A stretch of 64,000 nt of DNA from positions 62,001 to 126,000 of the forward strand of contig KZ538093.1 in the NCBI GenBank assembly GCA_000934665.2, given 5' to 3'. This document shows, one piece after another, positions 62,801-64,000 of this stretch; the stretch's first letter is position 1; each line of letters opens with the position of its first letter. The position numbers were made by a program, and so were the translations under genes. Origin of the DNA: Catajapyx aquilonaris. Taxonomy: Eukaryota. The notes beneath the pieces were generated by a model that was given only the letters and a program-made list of their open reading frames with translations, made no database searches and was not told the origin of the DNA.

Positions 62801-64000
62801 GTGTGCAGCTTCACTTGGATTTCATTAAATCCCTTTTTTGTTGTTTACAGAGTCTTCCTTAGTCCCTTTGCATGACTATTTCAAAAATTCAAGTGGTTTT
62901 TTTGATCAAAAAGGGGCGGTCTATTTGCAGTTCTTAAAATGCTGGAGGCTGATTTGTGGTCTCATGTACACTCACTAATTTCCGTGGTTGGTTCAATTTA
63001 GTTGGATGGACCTATAAGCTTGAAAATTCATCACAAGTGATGGTCTGAAGGGATGCTTCCATCCAGCCCATTAGAGGCTAATGTATTAATTGTTTAAATT
63101 TTTAAATTATAATACCCTGTGATAGGGCCTTGGGCCCTTTTAGGGGGGGGGGGGGGGGGGGGGGNATGTGGGGAAGTGGGGGTTCCCAAGGGAGGGCGCT
63201 CGTAAATAGTTTGTAGTCATTTCTGATGCTCTTAAAGGAAGGCTTCAGTGATTTTGCACGTTGGGCTTCAAAAATCAAGCAAGAGGTTCTGAATATCTGG
63301 TATTTGGTAGCAAATGCACCATAAGCATAAAATTTCAAGTCAAAGTAGATATTTTTAAAAATCAGCATCGAACAGTAGGTACAGTACAGTACGATAGGTA
63401 CAGTACATCTGCCAGGTGATCTCCCTATAAAAAGGTGTGGTATGTGTGTCTAGGAGCAGGCGAATGTGTTTGGTCCTCGATTCCGTCACCAGTTGGTCCC
63501 ATGAAATTTCTGCCCCCCTACATTTTTGACTTGTTTTGGGCCAATGAGTATGCTGCAGGCAGATGACAATAGTAATAAGTAGGCCCTGTTTTATTATGTG
63601 GTTAGGGTCCAGCAAAACTGGGTCATAAAATGAAAAGTTGTAAAGCAAGGGCTACCTGTACATATCTATTGACCCTGCCATAATGTACGTGGCTGGGAAA
63701 AATAACAGTCCCTTGAAAATTTTCTGACGTGGGCTGCACGAGTTGAGATAGCGCTTCTCACCACCACTCACGATGTCCATTCCGGAAGATTTTCCAAGGA
63801 CTGCTATTTTGTATAGCTGTCGACCACAAAAAAAAAAGAAAAAAAAGAGGAAAGTCTATTGTTTATCCGCACCTAGCGACGCGACGGGATTGGCAGGGCG
63901 TCGTGTGCTCCAAACATGTTGGCTACGCGTCGCAAACAACCGGTTGCCGGGCGAGCATAACAAAGGGCATCTTCTTACCCCTGCCATGCGAACCGATCAT

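Overview
Eukaryotic, most likely insect/arthropod, genomic DNA. It is intron-rich, dense in short non-autonomous transposons, and has one N-gap at 51149-51300. I reconstructed three conserved genes by hand from splice sites and reading phase. (1) Rab11 on + (5 coding exons, 16006-28335, 216 aa ending CCQT). (2) WDR37 on - (9 coding exons, 44121-36895, ~493 aa, with one GC-AG intron), convergent with Rab11. (3) An INO80D-like gene on + (at least 7 coding exons, 55146-62800, probably running off the window), divergent from WDR37. Upstream of Rab11, three phase-compatible minus-strand exons suggest a fourth, divergent gene that I cannot identify. Introns and intergenic DNA hold ~20 elements definable from TIRs/TSDs (Tc1/mariner, pogo/Tigger, hAT, piggyBac-like, Kolobok, Harbinger-like, CMC-like) plus two tRNA-derived SINE families; many are nested or long palindromes. 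The most unusual items are an intronic tRNA-like cloverleaf with a collapsed anticodon loop, the candidate divergent gene, a Kolobok derivative retaining a probable KolX N-terminus, fold-back mariner MITEs inside pre-mRNAs, and SINEs with swapped 3' tails. I found no prokaryotic-type system (CRISPR, operon) and cannot claim a confirmed novel system from sequence alone.
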